From positions 19,171-83,170 of the forward strand of contig DATIKM010000046.1 of assembly GCA_035477595.1 (NCBI GenBank): a DNA stretch of 64,000 nt. Reading direction: 5' to 3'. The notes below the pieces were generated by a model. It made no database searches, was not told where the DNA came from, and saw nothing but the letters and a program-made list of their open reading frames with translations. How positions within the stretch are numbered: position 1 is the first letter of the stretch; each line of letters starts with the position of its first letter. This document shows positions 27,800 to 38,136 of this stretch, one piece after another. The translations under genes were made by a program, and so were the position numbers. Source of the stretch: Chthonomonadales bacterium. Lineage in GTDB: Bacteria; Armatimonadota; Chthonomonadetes; Chthonomonadales; CAJBBX01.

Positions 27800-28456
27800 G
27801 TGAACTCGAGGAAGAGGCTGCTCCTCAAAGTAGCGCTGCCGCTCACGGCCGCGTGGGCGGTTCTGCAGCTCGAGCCCTACCTTGCCGGCCTCGCCCACAG
27901 CCGCCCCGGACTGCTGCTGGCGGCCATGTGCGCCTTGGTGGTGTGCATCCTGGTAGCGCGCGCGCGACGGGCGCTTATCATCACCGTCTGCTTTGCGGTG
28001 GGCCTGATCGCGACCCGCGATGCGTTCGGGCCCATCCGGCTTCCCGCCGCGCTCGACTACCGCGCCATGGAGCTGATCTACCCGTCCGTGTGGTTCGCCA
28101 TCGCCGCGCTGGCGTTCGGCGCGGGGCTCGCGGAGGCCCACCGCACGAGCTCAATCTGGGCCCGGCGGTGCTACTTCGCGGCTGCGGCGCTGTACCTGCT
28201 CGGGCGCGGCACCCTCAGCTTTATTCGCGAGCCCGGCCTTGAACCAGCGATGCTCACGATCTCGGGGCTCTTTGCCGTCACGGGCGTACTGCTGGCACAC
28301 CGCATCGTGGCGCGGGAACGGATCGAGGACCCCGTCGAGGAGGACCTGCTCGCGATGCGGGAGGCCCGCGTCGCTCGGTCCGCCGCCGTCGCGGCCAAGG
28401 AGTGGCGCGAGCCCCCCGATCACGCTACGACCACCGGCCAGGCGGGAGTCCGCTAG
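27800..28456 (+). CDS. hypothetical multi-pass membrane protein
   Basis: 218 aa with about six hydrophobic segments and a charged C-terminal tail. No family recognised. Its stop shares the palindromic CTAG with the convergent gene. Confidence 0.6.
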   Translation: MNSRKRLLLKVALPLTAAWAVLQLEPYLAGLAHSRPGLLLAAMCALVVCILVARARRALIITVCFAVGLIATRDAFGPIRLPAALDYRAMELIYPSVWFAIAALAFGAGLAEAHRTSSIWARRCYFAAAALYLLGRGTLSFIREPGLEPAMLTISGLFAVTGVLLAHRIVARERIEDPVEEDLLAMREARVARSAAVAAKEWREPPDHATTTGQAGVR

Positions 28457-30558
28457 ATCGCGCGCTCCCTCCACTTCCGCCACATGTCCGCGTCGGCCAG
28501 CAGCTTGATGAAGACGCCGCCCACGACGGAGCGCGCCTGGAAGCCCACCTTGCGCGCGTCCTTCGTGTCGTACCAGTCCGTGAGCGGTACCCGGTCTGGC
28601 GTCTCCTGAGCAAAGTCGTGGAGCGGCCCAATGAGGGCCTCGAAGTCCTGGCGGCTCTCCGCCAGCGTTGCGCTCCAGACCACCCAGTCCGTCTTCGTGT
28701 AGTCCTTCCGGCTGTCGAGCGGCAGGCCGTAGCGGTTCTGCAGCGAACTGTAGGCGACCACCTCGCGCCGGGTTACCTCCGGCGGGAACAGGCCGAGCCC
28801 GAGGATTCGGTCCCACACCAAGTTGTACTTCTGACTCCAGGTGCCAGGCCGATCGAACGCGAGTAGCGTCCGCTCGCCGTCCCGTGCAGTCTCCACCCAG
28901 CGGCTCGCCATGCCGGCGGCCAGGTCGCGGTACGCGGCGGCATCGTCGCGACGACCAGCCATCTCGCAGAGCATGCCGAACGCGCCGAGGGCGACGATGG
29001 CCTTGGCCGAGAGGTTCACGTTATGCGCGAGGTGGCCGGCGAAGTCGTCGGTGCAGAGCTGGTTCTCGGGGTCCATGCCCTTCTCGCGCAGGTAGGCGGC
29101 CCAGCGCTCCAGCGTGCTCCACCACCGCAGGGCGAAGTCCGGCGATCCCTCCGCCTTCGCCAGCGCCGCGAGAAGGATGAGCATGTTTCCGCTCTCCTCC
29201 ACCGGCATCTGGTTCTCCTCAGTCCGTTCACCTCCGCCGTAGGCCTGTCCATTCGCCAGCGGGTAGGTGCCCAGATCGTGCGGCGCGAACGGCCACGGCC
29301 AGCGAGCCGAAGACGCGTAGTCGAGGACCGGCGCGAGTTGCGCGCGCACCAGCCGTGGCGAGAGCAGCAGGAAGAGCGGCGCCGCCGGGTAGATCACATC
29401 AACCGTGCCGGTGCAGCCGTTGCTGAAGTTCTCTTTCGAGAAGTGCAGCGGCGACCCGTCGAAGTCCGCCGCGAGCTTGTGCGCCGCCATGCACTGCCGG
29501 TATGCAAGCGTGGCGATGCGCGCGTAGCGCTCACCACCCGCCGCCCGCAGATCGGCGCCGAGCTCCTCGTCGAAGGTCGCGCATCGCGCGCGAACGGCGT
29601 CCCGCTCGGAGGCCGCGGTGCGCAGAAGCTCGCCGGGCCCGGAGCCGTCCCGCCGCCAGTAGGGCCGCAGGCGCCGGTCCATCAGCTCCATGCACCACAC
29701 GTCGTCGTAGGCCACCATCGCCCACGACTCCGCCGCATCGGCGCCGATGCGCCCGAAGTTGAAGGCGCAGGCGAGAACCGGCGTGTCGGCACGCGCCCTC
29801 CGCGGCATGTTCAGGTCGTCTGACTCCGGCGCGCGCCCGCTGGCCTGGAACGCCTCCAGCGCAGCCCGGGCCGAGCACGCGGCCAGCGAAACCCCTGGCG
29901 CGCGGCGCGCCGCCAGATAGAGCCACCCCCACTCTATCCGCAGGTCGTCGCCGGCGCGCCCGAGCACCCGCTGGTCGCGGGCGCCGGCGCGCACCGCCTC
30001 GACCTCGCCGAGTGCGCACCGTCCCCACTCGACATCCTGAGCCGGATGGTCCACCGACCAGGCCGCGGCAACGTCGAGGGCAACCTGCACCTCGTGCTGC
30101 GCTCCGTCTGCGGAGGCGGCGCGCACCGTCAGGTAGGTAACCGGCCGCCCGGTCAGGTCTAGGTCGTTCGCCAGGACCGGCGACAGGCACTCCAGCTCGA
30201 CGCGCACTCCGCCCGCCCCGAACCGGTAGGTTGTCCGCGTGAGGGTCACGTCGAGCCCTGTCTGCTCCATCACGGGCACGCCCGAGGGCTCCGCGCCCGC
30301 GAAGCGCCACACCTGCCCGTCGATCCGCGCGAAGCCCCGCAGTGCGTGCGGCGCTCCGGTCCAGTGGCGCGTCACGTCGTCCGTGAGCCGGTCCGCACAG
30401 GACCACACGCTCAAGTATGGATCGTGAGTGACGAGCGGGACGGCGGGCGGCCGGAGCGGGGGCGGGGGCGGCGAATCGGCCTCGGGTTCAGCCTCCGCTG
30501 CCAGCAGATATGCGAGCAACAGACCGATCAGAACGGCGGTGAATAGTGGCACAAACAT
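28453..30558 (-). CDS. glutaminase-A-like protein (DUF5127/DUF4964/DUF4965/DUF1793 architecture), putative glycoside hydrolase
   Basis: N-terminal TM/signal anchor, then PPAVPLVTHDPYLSVWSCADRLTDDVTRHWTG, which matches this family as I remember it. GAGGA SD before ATG 30558. Confidence 0.7.
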   Translation of the reverse strand: MFVPLFTAVLIGLLLAYLLAAEAEPEADSPPPPPLRPPAVPLVTHDPYLSVWSCADRLTDDVTRHWTGAPHALRGFARIDGQVWRFAGAEPSGVPVMEQTGLDVTLTRTTYRFGAGGVRVELECLSPVLANDLDLTGRPVTYLTVRAASADGAQHEVQVALDVAAAWSVDHPAQDVEWGRCALGEVEAVRAGARDQRVLGRAGDDLRIEWGWLYLAARRAPGVSLAACSARAALEAFQASGRAPESDDLNMPRRARADTPVLACAFNFGRIGADAAESWAMVAYDDVWCMELMDRRLRPYWRRDGSGPGELLRTAASERDAVRARCATFDEELGADLRAAGGERYARIATLAYRQCMAAHKLAADFDGSPLHFSKENFSNGCTGTVDVIYPAAPLFLLLSPRLVRAQLAPVLDYASSARWPWPFAPHDLGTYPLANGQAYGGGERTEENQMPVEESGNMLILLAALAKAEGSPDFALRWWSTLERWAAYLREKGMDPENQLCTDDFAGHLAHNVNLSAKAIVALGAFGMLCEMAGRRDDAAAYRDLAAGMASRWVETARDGERTLLAFDRPGTWSQKYNLVWDRILGLGLFPPEVTRREVVAYSSLQNRYGLPLDSRKDYTKTDWVVWSATLAESRQDFEALIGPLHDFAQETPDRVPLTDWYDTKDARKVGFQARSVVGGVFIKLLADADMWRKWRERAI

Positions 30559-30699
30559 TCGAAGATCCTCTCGACGGGCCCTGCGCCTTGACGCGCAATC
30601 CTACGCGCCGCTGGCGTCGCCCGATTATGCCGCGGCGCAGGCAGCGTGTCAATGCGGGCCGCTGCTGCACGCTGGTCTACGCCTGCCTGGAGCCACGGA

Positions 30700-32385
30700 A
30701 TGCGCACCATCCGCAGTCGCGTCATCCTGCTGCTGTTGGCGCTGGCCGTCGGCCTGTCCACCACCATGGCTGTGTGGGGAGCGCTGGCGACACGGCACGC
30801 GGAGTGGCTGGCGGAGGGCCTGCGCAGCCAGAGGATCGGGTTCGTGACGCGCCTGATCGACCTTCGCGGCGAGCCGGCCCGCCAGATGGTCGCCGACCTC
30901 GCGGCATCGGACGATCTGCTGGGGCTCGTCCAGAGCCCGCGGAGCGGGAGCATCGGCCGGCGCCCGCCTCCCGCATGGCACGCCATGGACGCGCTGTGGG
31001 TGTTTGACGCGGGCGGACGCCTTGTGCACGGCGCCACGACGGCCGGGGCTACGCGCCCCCTCGCGCCGGGCTCGTGGAAGGACCTGCTGCGAGCCGTCAG
31101 CGAGGCGTCCGTCGCTAGCTTCTACGCAGGAGGGCCTCAGCAGCTTCTGGAGGTGCACGGCGCAGCCATCCGACGGTCGGATGGGGAGATCGTAGGCGCG
31201 GTCTTCGCGGGCAGGGACTGGACGAAGCAGGCCATCGAGGAGCTCGAGCGACTCACGGACGGCGAGGTGCGTCTGCTCCCGCCTGCGGAGGCAGCGCGCC
31301 TGGTAGCCGGGATGCACACCAGCAACGGGCAGTTCGGCCACGCGCTGGAGCTCCCCGGAGCCAACCGCCGTCCAGTGGCCGCTGCACTGTTCACCACGGC
31401 CTACCCGGCGATCCACGCGCTCCGCGAGGCATGCAACCGGTCGATGGCGCTCGTCGTGGTCTCCCTCGTCCTCTTGCTCGGGCTCCTCCTCGTCTGCCTC
31501 GTGCGCTGGGTCAGTGTGCCGCTCCGGTGCATCGCGCGCTGTCTGCGCCGCGGCGACGTGAGTCACCTCGACCGCCTGACAGACGACCGGACGGAGTATG
31601 GTGACATCGCGCGGCTCGTGCGCGAGTTCTTCCGGCAGCGGGAGGATCTCCGCGCCGCCCGCGACGAGTTGGAGGAGCGCGTCCGCGAGCGGACCCTCGA
31701 GCTCGCGGAAGCGAACCACGCGCTCAAGCTCCAGGTCGCGCGCCAGCAGCGGGCCGACGTGCGGATTCGCACGCTCAACGCATCTTTGGCGAGCGCCTAC
31801 GAGGCCACCATCGAAGGCTGGGCGCGCGCGCTGGACCTGCGGGACCACGAGACCGAGGGCCATTGCCGCCGCGTAACCGACATGACGGTGCGGCTTGCGC
31901 GCGCCATGGGCTTCGGGGAGGAGGACCTGGCCCACGTTCGCACGGGCGCGTTGCTGCACGATATTGGCAAGATGGGCGTCCCGGACAGCATCCTGCTCAA
32001 GCCGGGGCCCCTTACCGCAGAGGAGTGGCAGGTGGTGCGCAAGCACCCGGTCCTGGCCTACGAGCTGCTGTCCCCGATCGGCTTCCTGAGGCCCGCGATC
32101 GCGATCCCCTATCTGCACCACGAGAGGTGGGACGGTTGCGGGTACCCACTGGGGTTGGCCGGCAAGCAGATACCCCTGGCGGCGCGCATCTTCGCCGTCG
32201 CGGACGTGTGGGATGCGCTTCGCTCCGACCGCCCGTACCGCGAGCGCTGGCCGGAGGAACGTGTGCGCGAACACATCCGCTCGCTCGCGGGCACCCACTT
32301 CGACCCCGCTGTCGTGGAGGTCTTTCTGCGGCTCGCGGAACCCGACTCCCGCGTGGAGGAGGAGCCCCAGCGCCTCGCGGCGTAG
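30700..32385 (+). CDS. membrane sensor HD-GYP phosphodiesterase
   Basis: Two TM segments flank a periplasmic region, followed by a coiled coil. Then LLHDIGKMGVPDSILLKPGPLT...HHERWDGCGYPLGL (HD and GYP motifs). ATG at 30700 (MRTIRSRVILLLL). Confidence 0.85.
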   Translation: MRTIRSRVILLLLALAVGLSTTMAVWGALATRHAEWLAEGLRSQRIGFVTRLIDLRGEPARQMVADLAASDDLLGLVQSPRSGSIGRRPPPAWHAMDALWVFDAGGRLVHGATTAGATRPLAPGSWKDLLRAVSEASVASFYAGGPQQLLEVHGAAIRRSDGEIVGAVFAGRDWTKQAIEELERLTDGEVRLLPPAEAARLVAGMHTSNGQFGHALELPGANRRPVAAALFTTAYPAIHALREACNRSMALVVVSLVLLLGLLLVCLVRWVSVPLRCIARCLRRGDVSHLDRLTDDRTEYGDIARLVREFFRQREDLRAARDELEERVRERTLELAEANHALKLQVARQQRADVRIRTLNASLASAYEATIEGWARALDLRDHETEGHCRRVTDMTVRLARAMGFGEEDLAHVRTGALLHDIGKMGVPDSILLKPGPLTAEEWQVVRKHPVLAYELLSPIGFLRPAIAIPYLHHERWDGCGYPLGLAGKQIPLAARIFAVADVWDALRSDRPYRERWPEERVREHIRSLAGTHFDPAVVEVFLRLAEPDSRVEEEPQRLAA

Positions 32386-32389
32386 GCGG

Positions 32390-32818
32390 TCAGCGCAGCC
32401 TATCGCCCGGGCCGAGGATCCATGCGCTCGGGTGCCTCTGGAACCCGAGCAGCGGGTAGTACTCCTCCGCTGCCGGCGCCGCGAGGAGCACGAGCGTGGC
32501 GCGGGGAGCGAGCGCGTCGCGGGTGCGCCGCACGAGCTCGCGGCCGATGCCCCGGCGCTGGTGGCTCTCCCGCACCGCCAGGTCGGCGAGGTAGGCCACG
32601 TAGCCGAAGTCGGTAAGCGTCCGGGCAGCGCCGACGAGGAGACCGCCGTCCCACGCCGTGACCAGCAGGTTGGCATGGGCCAGCATCAGCTCGACGGTGG
32701 CCCTGTCATCGACCGGCCGGCGCGCACCGAGCGAGCAGGCGCGGTACAGGTCGATGAGCTGGTCCGCGCCCACGGCGGCGCCGGTCTCGTAACGCAAGGG
32801 TCCCCCTCCACGCGGCAC
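32390..32818 (-). CDS. GNAT family N-acetyltransferase
   Basis: 142 aa with YLADLAVRESHQRRGIGRELV (acetyl-CoA binding Q/RxxGxG motif). Confidence 0.8.
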   Translation of the reverse strand: MPRGGGPLRYETGAAVGADQLIDLYRACSLGARRPVDDRATVELMLAHANLLVTAWDGGLLVGAARTLTDFGYVAYLADLAVRESHQRRGIGRELVRRTRDALAPRATLVLLAAPAAEEYYPLLGFQRHPSAWILGPGDRLR

Positions 32819-32848
32819 GCCGCACCGCGACGGGCGGCGCTGGGCGCG

Positions 32849-33397
32849 TTACGCTTCGGCGCTCTCTGACGGGGAGCCGCCCGTCGTATCGTCCTCCATG
32901 ATGAGGGTGCGCCGCATGGCCTGGGTCTCAGTGACCATCTCGCGAAGTTTCTCGTAGAGCCCGCGCGGATCGTCGATGCCCCGCAGCGTGAAGTGGGGCG
33001 TGGAGCGGTCCGTGGAGGTGACGGCGATGTCGCCGTAGCGGAGGATGCGCCCGAGCAGGCTCTGGCTCAGCGCGATGTCGCGGACGCGGAAGAGCTGCAG
33101 GTTGTCGATGCGCCGAGAGAGGATGCCGGTCTCGGCCTCGAGGCTGTCGTGATACACGCGGTACTCGGCGGAGAGCCGCAGGATCCACGCGCGCACGGCG
33201 GTGAGCAGGATGGGGGCGATGGCTATGGGGACCACGTAGATTGCCGGCGCGGCGCCAGTGGCGAGGCCGCCCCAGGCGACGAGGGCGCCAAGGAGCACGG
33301 CGCCGGCGTGCTGCGCCGCGAAGCTGCGCCCCGAGACGCGTCGCGCCAGCACGAGGGCGCGCGCGCCGGACCCGGCCGGAACTTGGTGCGCTTCCAT
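32849..33397 (-). CDS. bacterial PH domain (YdbS/YdbT-like, bPH_2) membrane protein
   Basis: ATG at 33397 has a GGAGGA SD. Two TM segments, then YRVYHDSLEAETGILSRRIDNLQLFRVRDIALSQSLLGRILRYGDIAV. Confidence 0.75.
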   Translation of the reverse strand: MEAHQVPAGSGARALVLARRVSGRSFAAQHAGAVLLGALVAWGGLATGAAPAIYVVPIAIAPILLTAVRAWILRLSAEYRVYHDSLEAETGILSRRIDNLQLFRVRDIALSQSLLGRILRYGDIAVTSTDRSTPHFTLRGIDDPRGLYEKLREMVTETQAMRRTLIMEDDTTGGSPSESAEA

Positions 33398-33439
33398 GGC
33401 GTTGTCCTCCCCGGTGGCGCGCGCCGCGCCCCACCGCAT

Positions 33440-34732
33440 CTACACCGGCTTCTCGATGAGCGACTGGCCGCCCAGGTAGGGGCGCAGCACCTCCGGCACC
33501 TCAACGCTGCCGTCGGCGTTCTGCCCGTTCTCCAGCACCGCGATGAGCACCCGCGGCAGCGCCAGACCCGAGCCGTTCAGCGTGTGGCAGAACTCGGGCC
33601 GCGCCCCCGGCTCCGGCCGGTAACGGATGCTCGCCCGGCGCGCCTGGAAGTCACGGAAGTTGGCGCAGGAGGAGACCTCCAGCCACTCGCCGCCATCGTC
33701 CCCGCACGCCGGCGCCCACACCTCGATGTCGTACTTCGACGCCGCCACGAAGGAGAGGTCGCCAGTGCACATGCGCACCACGCGGTGCAGTAGCCCCAGC
33801 CCGCGGCACACGTCCTCAGCGTCGTCCAGCAGCGACAGCAGCTCCGCCGGCGACTCCTCCGGCAGGCACACCTTCACCATCTCCACCTTGTCGAACTGGT
33901 GTCCGCGCTTGATGCCCCGCACGTCGCGTCCCGCCGACATCTTCTCACGCCGGAAGCACGGCGTGTAGGCCACGTATCGCTTCGGCAGCTCTGCCGCTTC
34001 GAGTATCTCCTCCCGGTGCAGGTTGGTCACCGGCACCTCGGCCGTGGGGATGAGCCAGAGGTCATCCTCCGCGTCACGGTACAGGTTGTCGCCGAACTTG
34101 GGGAGGTTGCCCGTGCCCACCAGGCACTGCGCGCGCACCAGCGCGGGTGGGTAAATCTCCGTGTAGCCGTGCTTGCGCACGTGCAGATCGAGCATCCACG
34201 CGATGAGCGCGCGCTGGAGCGCCGCGCCCGCGCCGGAGAGCACGTAGAACCGCGAGCCCGAGAGCTTTACGCCTCGCTCGAGATCGAGGATCCCGAGTGC
34301 CGCACCCAGCTCCCAGTGTGGCCTCGGCTCGAAGCTGAACGAGCGCGGCTCGCCCACCGTCCGCACGACCTCATTGTAGCGCTCGTCGAGGCCCAGTGGT
34401 ACGTCCGGGTCGGGCAGGTTGGGGACCTGGAGGAGGAGCGCCTGCTGCTCGGCGACCGTCGCATCGAGGGCGCGCTCCGTCTCGGCGATGCGGTCGCCCA
34501 AGGTGCGCATCTGCGCCTTGCGCGCCTCGCGCTCGGCATCGTCGCGCAGCCTGCCGATCTCCTTTGAGCCCACGTTCCGCTGGTTGCGGAGCTCGCTCAC
34601 CTGCGTCTCGAGCCGGCGGCGTTGCTCGTCGCAGGCAAGCACGCGGTCCACCATGCTCGGATCCGCGCCGACCTTCTGCAGTCCAGCCTTCACCACGTCG
34701 GGGTTCTCGCGGAACAGTCGTACGTCGAGCAT
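33440..34732 (-). CDS. serS: seryl-tRNA synthetase
   Basis: [12 protein letters not shown] start at 34732, plus [48 protein letters not shown] and NGSGLALPR. Confidence 0.92.
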   Translation of the reverse strand: MLDVRLFRENPDVVKAGLQKVGADPSMVDRVLACDEQRRRLETQVSELRNQRNVGSKEIGRLRDDAEREARKAQMRTLGDRIAETERALDATVAEQQALLLQVPNLPDPDVPLGLDERYNEVVRTVGEPRSFSFEPRPHWELGAALGILDLERGVKLSGSRFYVLSGAGAALQRALIAWMLDLHVRKHGYTEIYPPALVRAQCLVGTGNLPKFGDNLYRDAEDDLWLIPTAEVPVTNLHREEILEAAELPKRYVAYTPCFRREKMSAGRDVRGIKRGHQFDKVEMVKVCLPEESPAELLSLLDDAEDVCRGLGLLHRVVRMCTGDLSFVAASKYDIEVWAPACGDDGGEWLEVSSCANFRDFQARRASIRYRPEPGARPEFCHTLNGSGLALPRVLIAVLENGQNADGSVEVPEVLRPYLGGQSLIEKPV

Positions 34733-34808
34733 GGAGCGTGGTCCTTTCCCTCCGCGTGCCGCCCATCGTCGCGCGCTGCCGGGGGCGGCTACTTCGCGCG
34801 GCCGCGCG

Positions 34809-37523
34809 CTACCAGTCCAGCGCGAAGAGCCGGAGGCCCGCGCCGCCGGGCAGTGTGACAGTGCTTCCTGATGCCGCGGCGCCTTCCGCCGGTCCCCGCG
34901 GCGTGCCATCGTCGTTCAGCGCGAGCACGCGCGGCGTGGACGACGGCGCCCGGCCCACCAGGCGCTTCAGGTCGATGCGGCACGGCGCCGCGCTCTCCAG
35001 CAGCACATGCCACCGACGCGGCCCGGCCTGGAACGCGGTCACCGTGCCTTCCACCTCGAACGGCCCCACCTTCTCGCGGGCCGTGGTCGTGGCGGAGTAG
35101 TAGCGTGGCGCAGACAGCCACGTCACAGTCCTCCCGGCGCGCAGGATCCGCCACTGCTCGACTCCCGGCGCGCGGGCCAGATAGCCGCGCGGCGCGAGCA
35201 TCACCTGGCGCGCGCCGTCCCGCACCGCGCGCGGCGTGTCGCCGAAGTTGACGGTGCAGACGCCGCCATTCGCGAACCGGGTGCGCTGCACCGCCCGGTC
35301 GGACGTGAGGAACTCGTGCGAGACCATGTCCTCAAAGGCCACGGCCTCGTGGAACAGGCATGTCGCCCGGTATGATTGGAGCAGGCGCGCGCGGTTGCGG
35401 TTCCACCCATAGGAGAGGTGGTTCAACCACATCAGCGGCACACCGCCGTGCAGCATGGTGAACAGGTCCTGCCGGTCGTTCAGCTCCGGGGCGACCTCTG
35501 TGTAGTACCCGGACGCGTCGCCCCAGTACCACGTGCCCACCACGCAGTCGTGGAAGACCAGCTCCCAGAGCGGGATGCGGCGGCTCGGGTCCATTCCGTA
35601 GCGCAGGAAGTTCGGCTTGAGGTCCTCCCGCGACTTGGGGACCTGGAGGTGACCTGCGGGCATCTCCCACCAGAAGGACCCGCTGAGCCGCCCCTCCGCG
35701 TAGTCCAGCACGGGCACGTTCCACGCCTTGCCGTGCTCGCCGCCCACCACCAGCCCGAGCGACGCGAGATAGCGGAGCAGCGCCAGGCGGTGGCGCATAT
35801 CGCCGCGCCGATCGTAGCCACGTTCAGGCGTCCAGTCCTCCATCAGGTCGATGGTGGTGCTCACGTCGACTAAGCGACAGGTGAAGGGGTGCTCCTTCAG
35901 GATGCCCGGAACGAAGGCGCGCGCCGTCTCGAGCGCCATGGAGCTGGCGCGGCGGTAGAACTGCGTGCCGTCCAGGGCGAGCCATCCCTTCGCGGGCTGG
36001 CCGTCGCGACCGCGCAGGGCCACGCGCTCCACGTTGTCGGTGGTGAGCCCGACCGGTCCCTCCCGGATATCGTCGTAGTTGTCGTACTCCCCAGAAAGGA
36101 AGCCGAGAGAGGTCAGCAGCCGGATGTCCTCCTCGGGCAGCTTGTGGTTCGCGTGCACCACCGCGCGCCTGATGCCCGCCGCCTTGGCCTCGCGCCCAAA
36201 GCGCGCCGCCGACTCCGGCCGACCCTCGCCGAAGCTGATGCCCCACAGGATCGGGGCGCCCTTCAGCCAGGCGACCCGGGGCCGCTGGCGCGCCTTCGCG
36301 GCAAGCGTCACGAGCAGACCGGAGCGCCGCGCGTGCTCACGGTACATCCGCGCCAGCGCCACATAGCCGCCCCTCGGCGCGAACCGGGCCGTCACGATGC
36401 GCGTGTATGCGAACCGCTCCTTCGCGCCCACCCAAACGACCCGCGGCCATCGTCTGCCCCGCGCGTCCACCCGGAGCTCCACGAGCGCGTCGACCGGCGT
36501 CTCGATCAGCAGCATCATGCCGTCGCCGCGCTTCCGATCGATCACCCCGAACCAGGGCATGTCCAGCCCCAGGTTGCCGTAGCAGAAGAAGGAGGACTGC
36601 GGATAGTCGTCCCGCTGGTCGATGAGCTGGCCGCTCGAGCGGTTGGTGAACACGAGCGCCCCCGCCGCGAGCTCCTCCTGCAGGCGCGGCGGCCATGCCA
36701 GCCGGGTCAGATGCGCGGACGCGGACGCCTTTACAGCGAAGCGCACCGAGCCCGCGGCGCCATCCACCGTCACGGTCCCCGTGAAGCGCAGCCCGGAGGA
36801 CCGATCCAACAGCCGGAGCCGCATCCCGCGCTTGCTCAGCGCCTCGCCGTCCAGCAGGCCAACGCCGGGATCCGGGGCCGACGTCCAGCGGCGTCCGGTT
36901 CGGCGGTCCCGCACGGTGAATCGCCGGCTCCTGGTCTCGAAGCGCACGTGAAGTGGACCGTCCTGCGCCTCCAACGCCGCGGGAAGACCAGCCGTAGCGC
37001 CGGCATCCGCTCGGGGCACCTCGTCGCTAACCGGCCTAACCTCGATCCAGTCGTACTCCGCAATGCCGGCCGCCTTGCCGGGGTCCAGCCGAATCTGGGT
37101 GATCACGCCCTCCGCGTCGATGGGGAGCGTGATCTCGCGCCACACACCGTCGTGCCGGAGGTCGTAATAGAGCGCCGCATCCTCGCTCCATGCCGTGGAG
37201 CTGAGCGAGGGCAGGAGCGTGGTCCAGTAGAGCCGCCCCTGCCCCGCCGAGCGGAAGCGGGCGCGCATCCGGACCTCCGCCGGACCCTGAACGCGGATGG
37301 ACGGGCCGTGGAAGAACGGGTCCGCTCCGAGCGCCTCCACCACGAGAGAGCCGGCCTCGGCGCGCAGCCGGCACTGGTGCCCGGCGGACCAACCCTCTGT
37401 CCCGCCAGAGAAGTCCCAGCGAACCGCGGCCGGCGGCGCGGGCAGACAGGCCGCGGCAGTCAGCAGCAGAAGCGGGAGCAACGGGGACCTCCTGGTGGAG
37501 GGCGTGTCCACCCATTGTGGCAC
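34809..37523 (-). CDS. secreted 904-aa hypothetical protein, putative glycoside hydrolase (DUF5696-like, uncertain)
   Basis: GTG start followed by a hydrophobic leader ([12 protein letters not shown]). The C-terminal half has [20 protein letters not shown] and [15 protein letters not shown], which I associate with a GH-like DUF. The family call is from memory only. Confidence 0.65.
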   Translation of the reverse strand: MPQWVDTPSTRRSPLLPLLLLTAAACLPAPPAAVRWDFSGGTEGWSAGHQCRLRAEAGSLVVEALGADPFFHGPSIRVQGPAEVRMRARFRSAGQGRLYWTTLLPSLSSTAWSEDAALYYDLRHDGVWREITLPIDAEGVITQIRLDPGKAAGIAEYDWIEVRPVSDEVPRADAGATAGLPAALEAQDGPLHVRFETRSRRFTVRDRRTGRRWTSAPDPGVGLLDGEALSKRGMRLRLLDRSSGLRFTGTVTVDGAAGSVRFAVKASASAHLTRLAWPPRLQEELAAGALVFTNRSSGQLIDQRDDYPQSSFFCYGNLGLDMPWFGVIDRKRGDGMMLLIETPVDALVELRVDARGRRWPRVVWVGAKERFAYTRIVTARFAPRGGYVALARMYREHARRSGLLVTLAAKARQRPRVAWLKGAPILWGISFGEGRPESAARFGREAKAAGIRRAVVHANHKLPEEDIRLLTSLGFLSGEYDNYDDIREGPVGLTTDNVERVALRGRDGQPAKGWLALDGTQFYRRASSMALETARAFVPGILKEHPFTCRLVDVSTTIDLMEDWTPERGYDRRGDMRHRLALLRYLASLGLVVGGEHGKAWNVPVLDYAEGRLSGSFWWEMPAGHLQVPKSREDLKPNFLRYGMDPSRRIPLWELVFHDCVVGTWYWGDASGYYTEVAPELNDRQDLFTMLHGGVPLMWLNHLSYGWNRNRARLLQSYRATCLFHEAVAFEDMVSHEFLTSDRAVQRTRFANGGVCTVNFGDTPRAVRDGARQVMLAPRGYLARAPGVEQWRILRAGRTVTWLSAPRYYSATTTAREKVGPFEVEGTVTAFQAGPRRWHVLLESAAPCRIDLKRLVGRAPSSTPRVLALNDDGTPRGPAEGAAASGSTVTLPGGAGLRLFALDW

Positions 37524-37560
37524 AGGCGTCGAGCACAGCGGCGCCCGCGCGTGTTCGGCG

Positions 37561-38115
37561 TCAGCCTGACTTCGCGGCCTTGCGGAGGCGGACGGGGTGC
37601 AGGTACTCCCGACGGTCCGCGTATACCGCCACCCACTGCGCGAGCCGCTCGCCCAGCTTCGTGCAGGCGGCCACTTCCGCTTCGGTGCGAGGCTCGCCGG
37701 CTAGGGTGGCCCCATAGTGGAGCGTCATCCGTTCGCCCACGTACTCGGTCACACCGAACACCAGGAAGCCGAAGTTCATGAGAACCGTGACGGACGCCAT
37801 GCAGGTCAGCTCGCCGCCACCGCCCCAACCGCCCTGACTCGAGAAGGCGCAGCCGATCTTGCCGTCCACCTCGCCCCACACGCCGGCGGCGGTCTCGTCC
37901 CAGAAGCGCTTCATGCGCCACGAGAGCGTGCCCATGTTGGTGGGTGAGCCGACCGCGACGCCGTCGCACCAGAGGACGTCTTCCGCCGTCGCCTCATCCA
38001 CGCTGACCAACCGCACCTCGGTGCCGTGCACCGACTCGGCGCCTTCTGCCACGCGCCGCGCCATGTGGCCGGTGTGGCCAGTCTTGGTGTCGTATATCAC
38101 CAGCACCTTGCCCAT
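37561..38115 (-). CDS. flavodoxin-like fold protein (WrbA / NAD(P)H-dependent oxidoreductase type)
   Basis: MGKVLVIYDTKTGHTGHMARRVAEGA...DGVAVGSPTNMGTLSWRMKRFWDET. No signal peptide. Confidence 0.8.
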   Translation of the reverse strand: MGKVLVIYDTKTGHTGHMARRVAEGAESVHGTEVRLVSVDEATAEDVLWCDGVAVGSPTNMGTLSWRMKRFWDETAAGVWGEVDGKIGCAFSSQGGWGGGGELTCMASVTVLMNFGFLVFGVTEYVGERMTLHYGATLAGEPRTEAEVAACTKLGERLAQWVAVYADRREYLHPVRLRKAAKSG

Positions 38116-38136
38116 CGCCGTCCTCCTTGGTCTCGC

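Noticed and set aside
28453-28456. Convergent genes sharing a palindromic CTAG stop (also at 53816-53819)
   Set aside because: The overlap is real, but it is a trivial result of TAG stops on both strands and no functional claim is justified.
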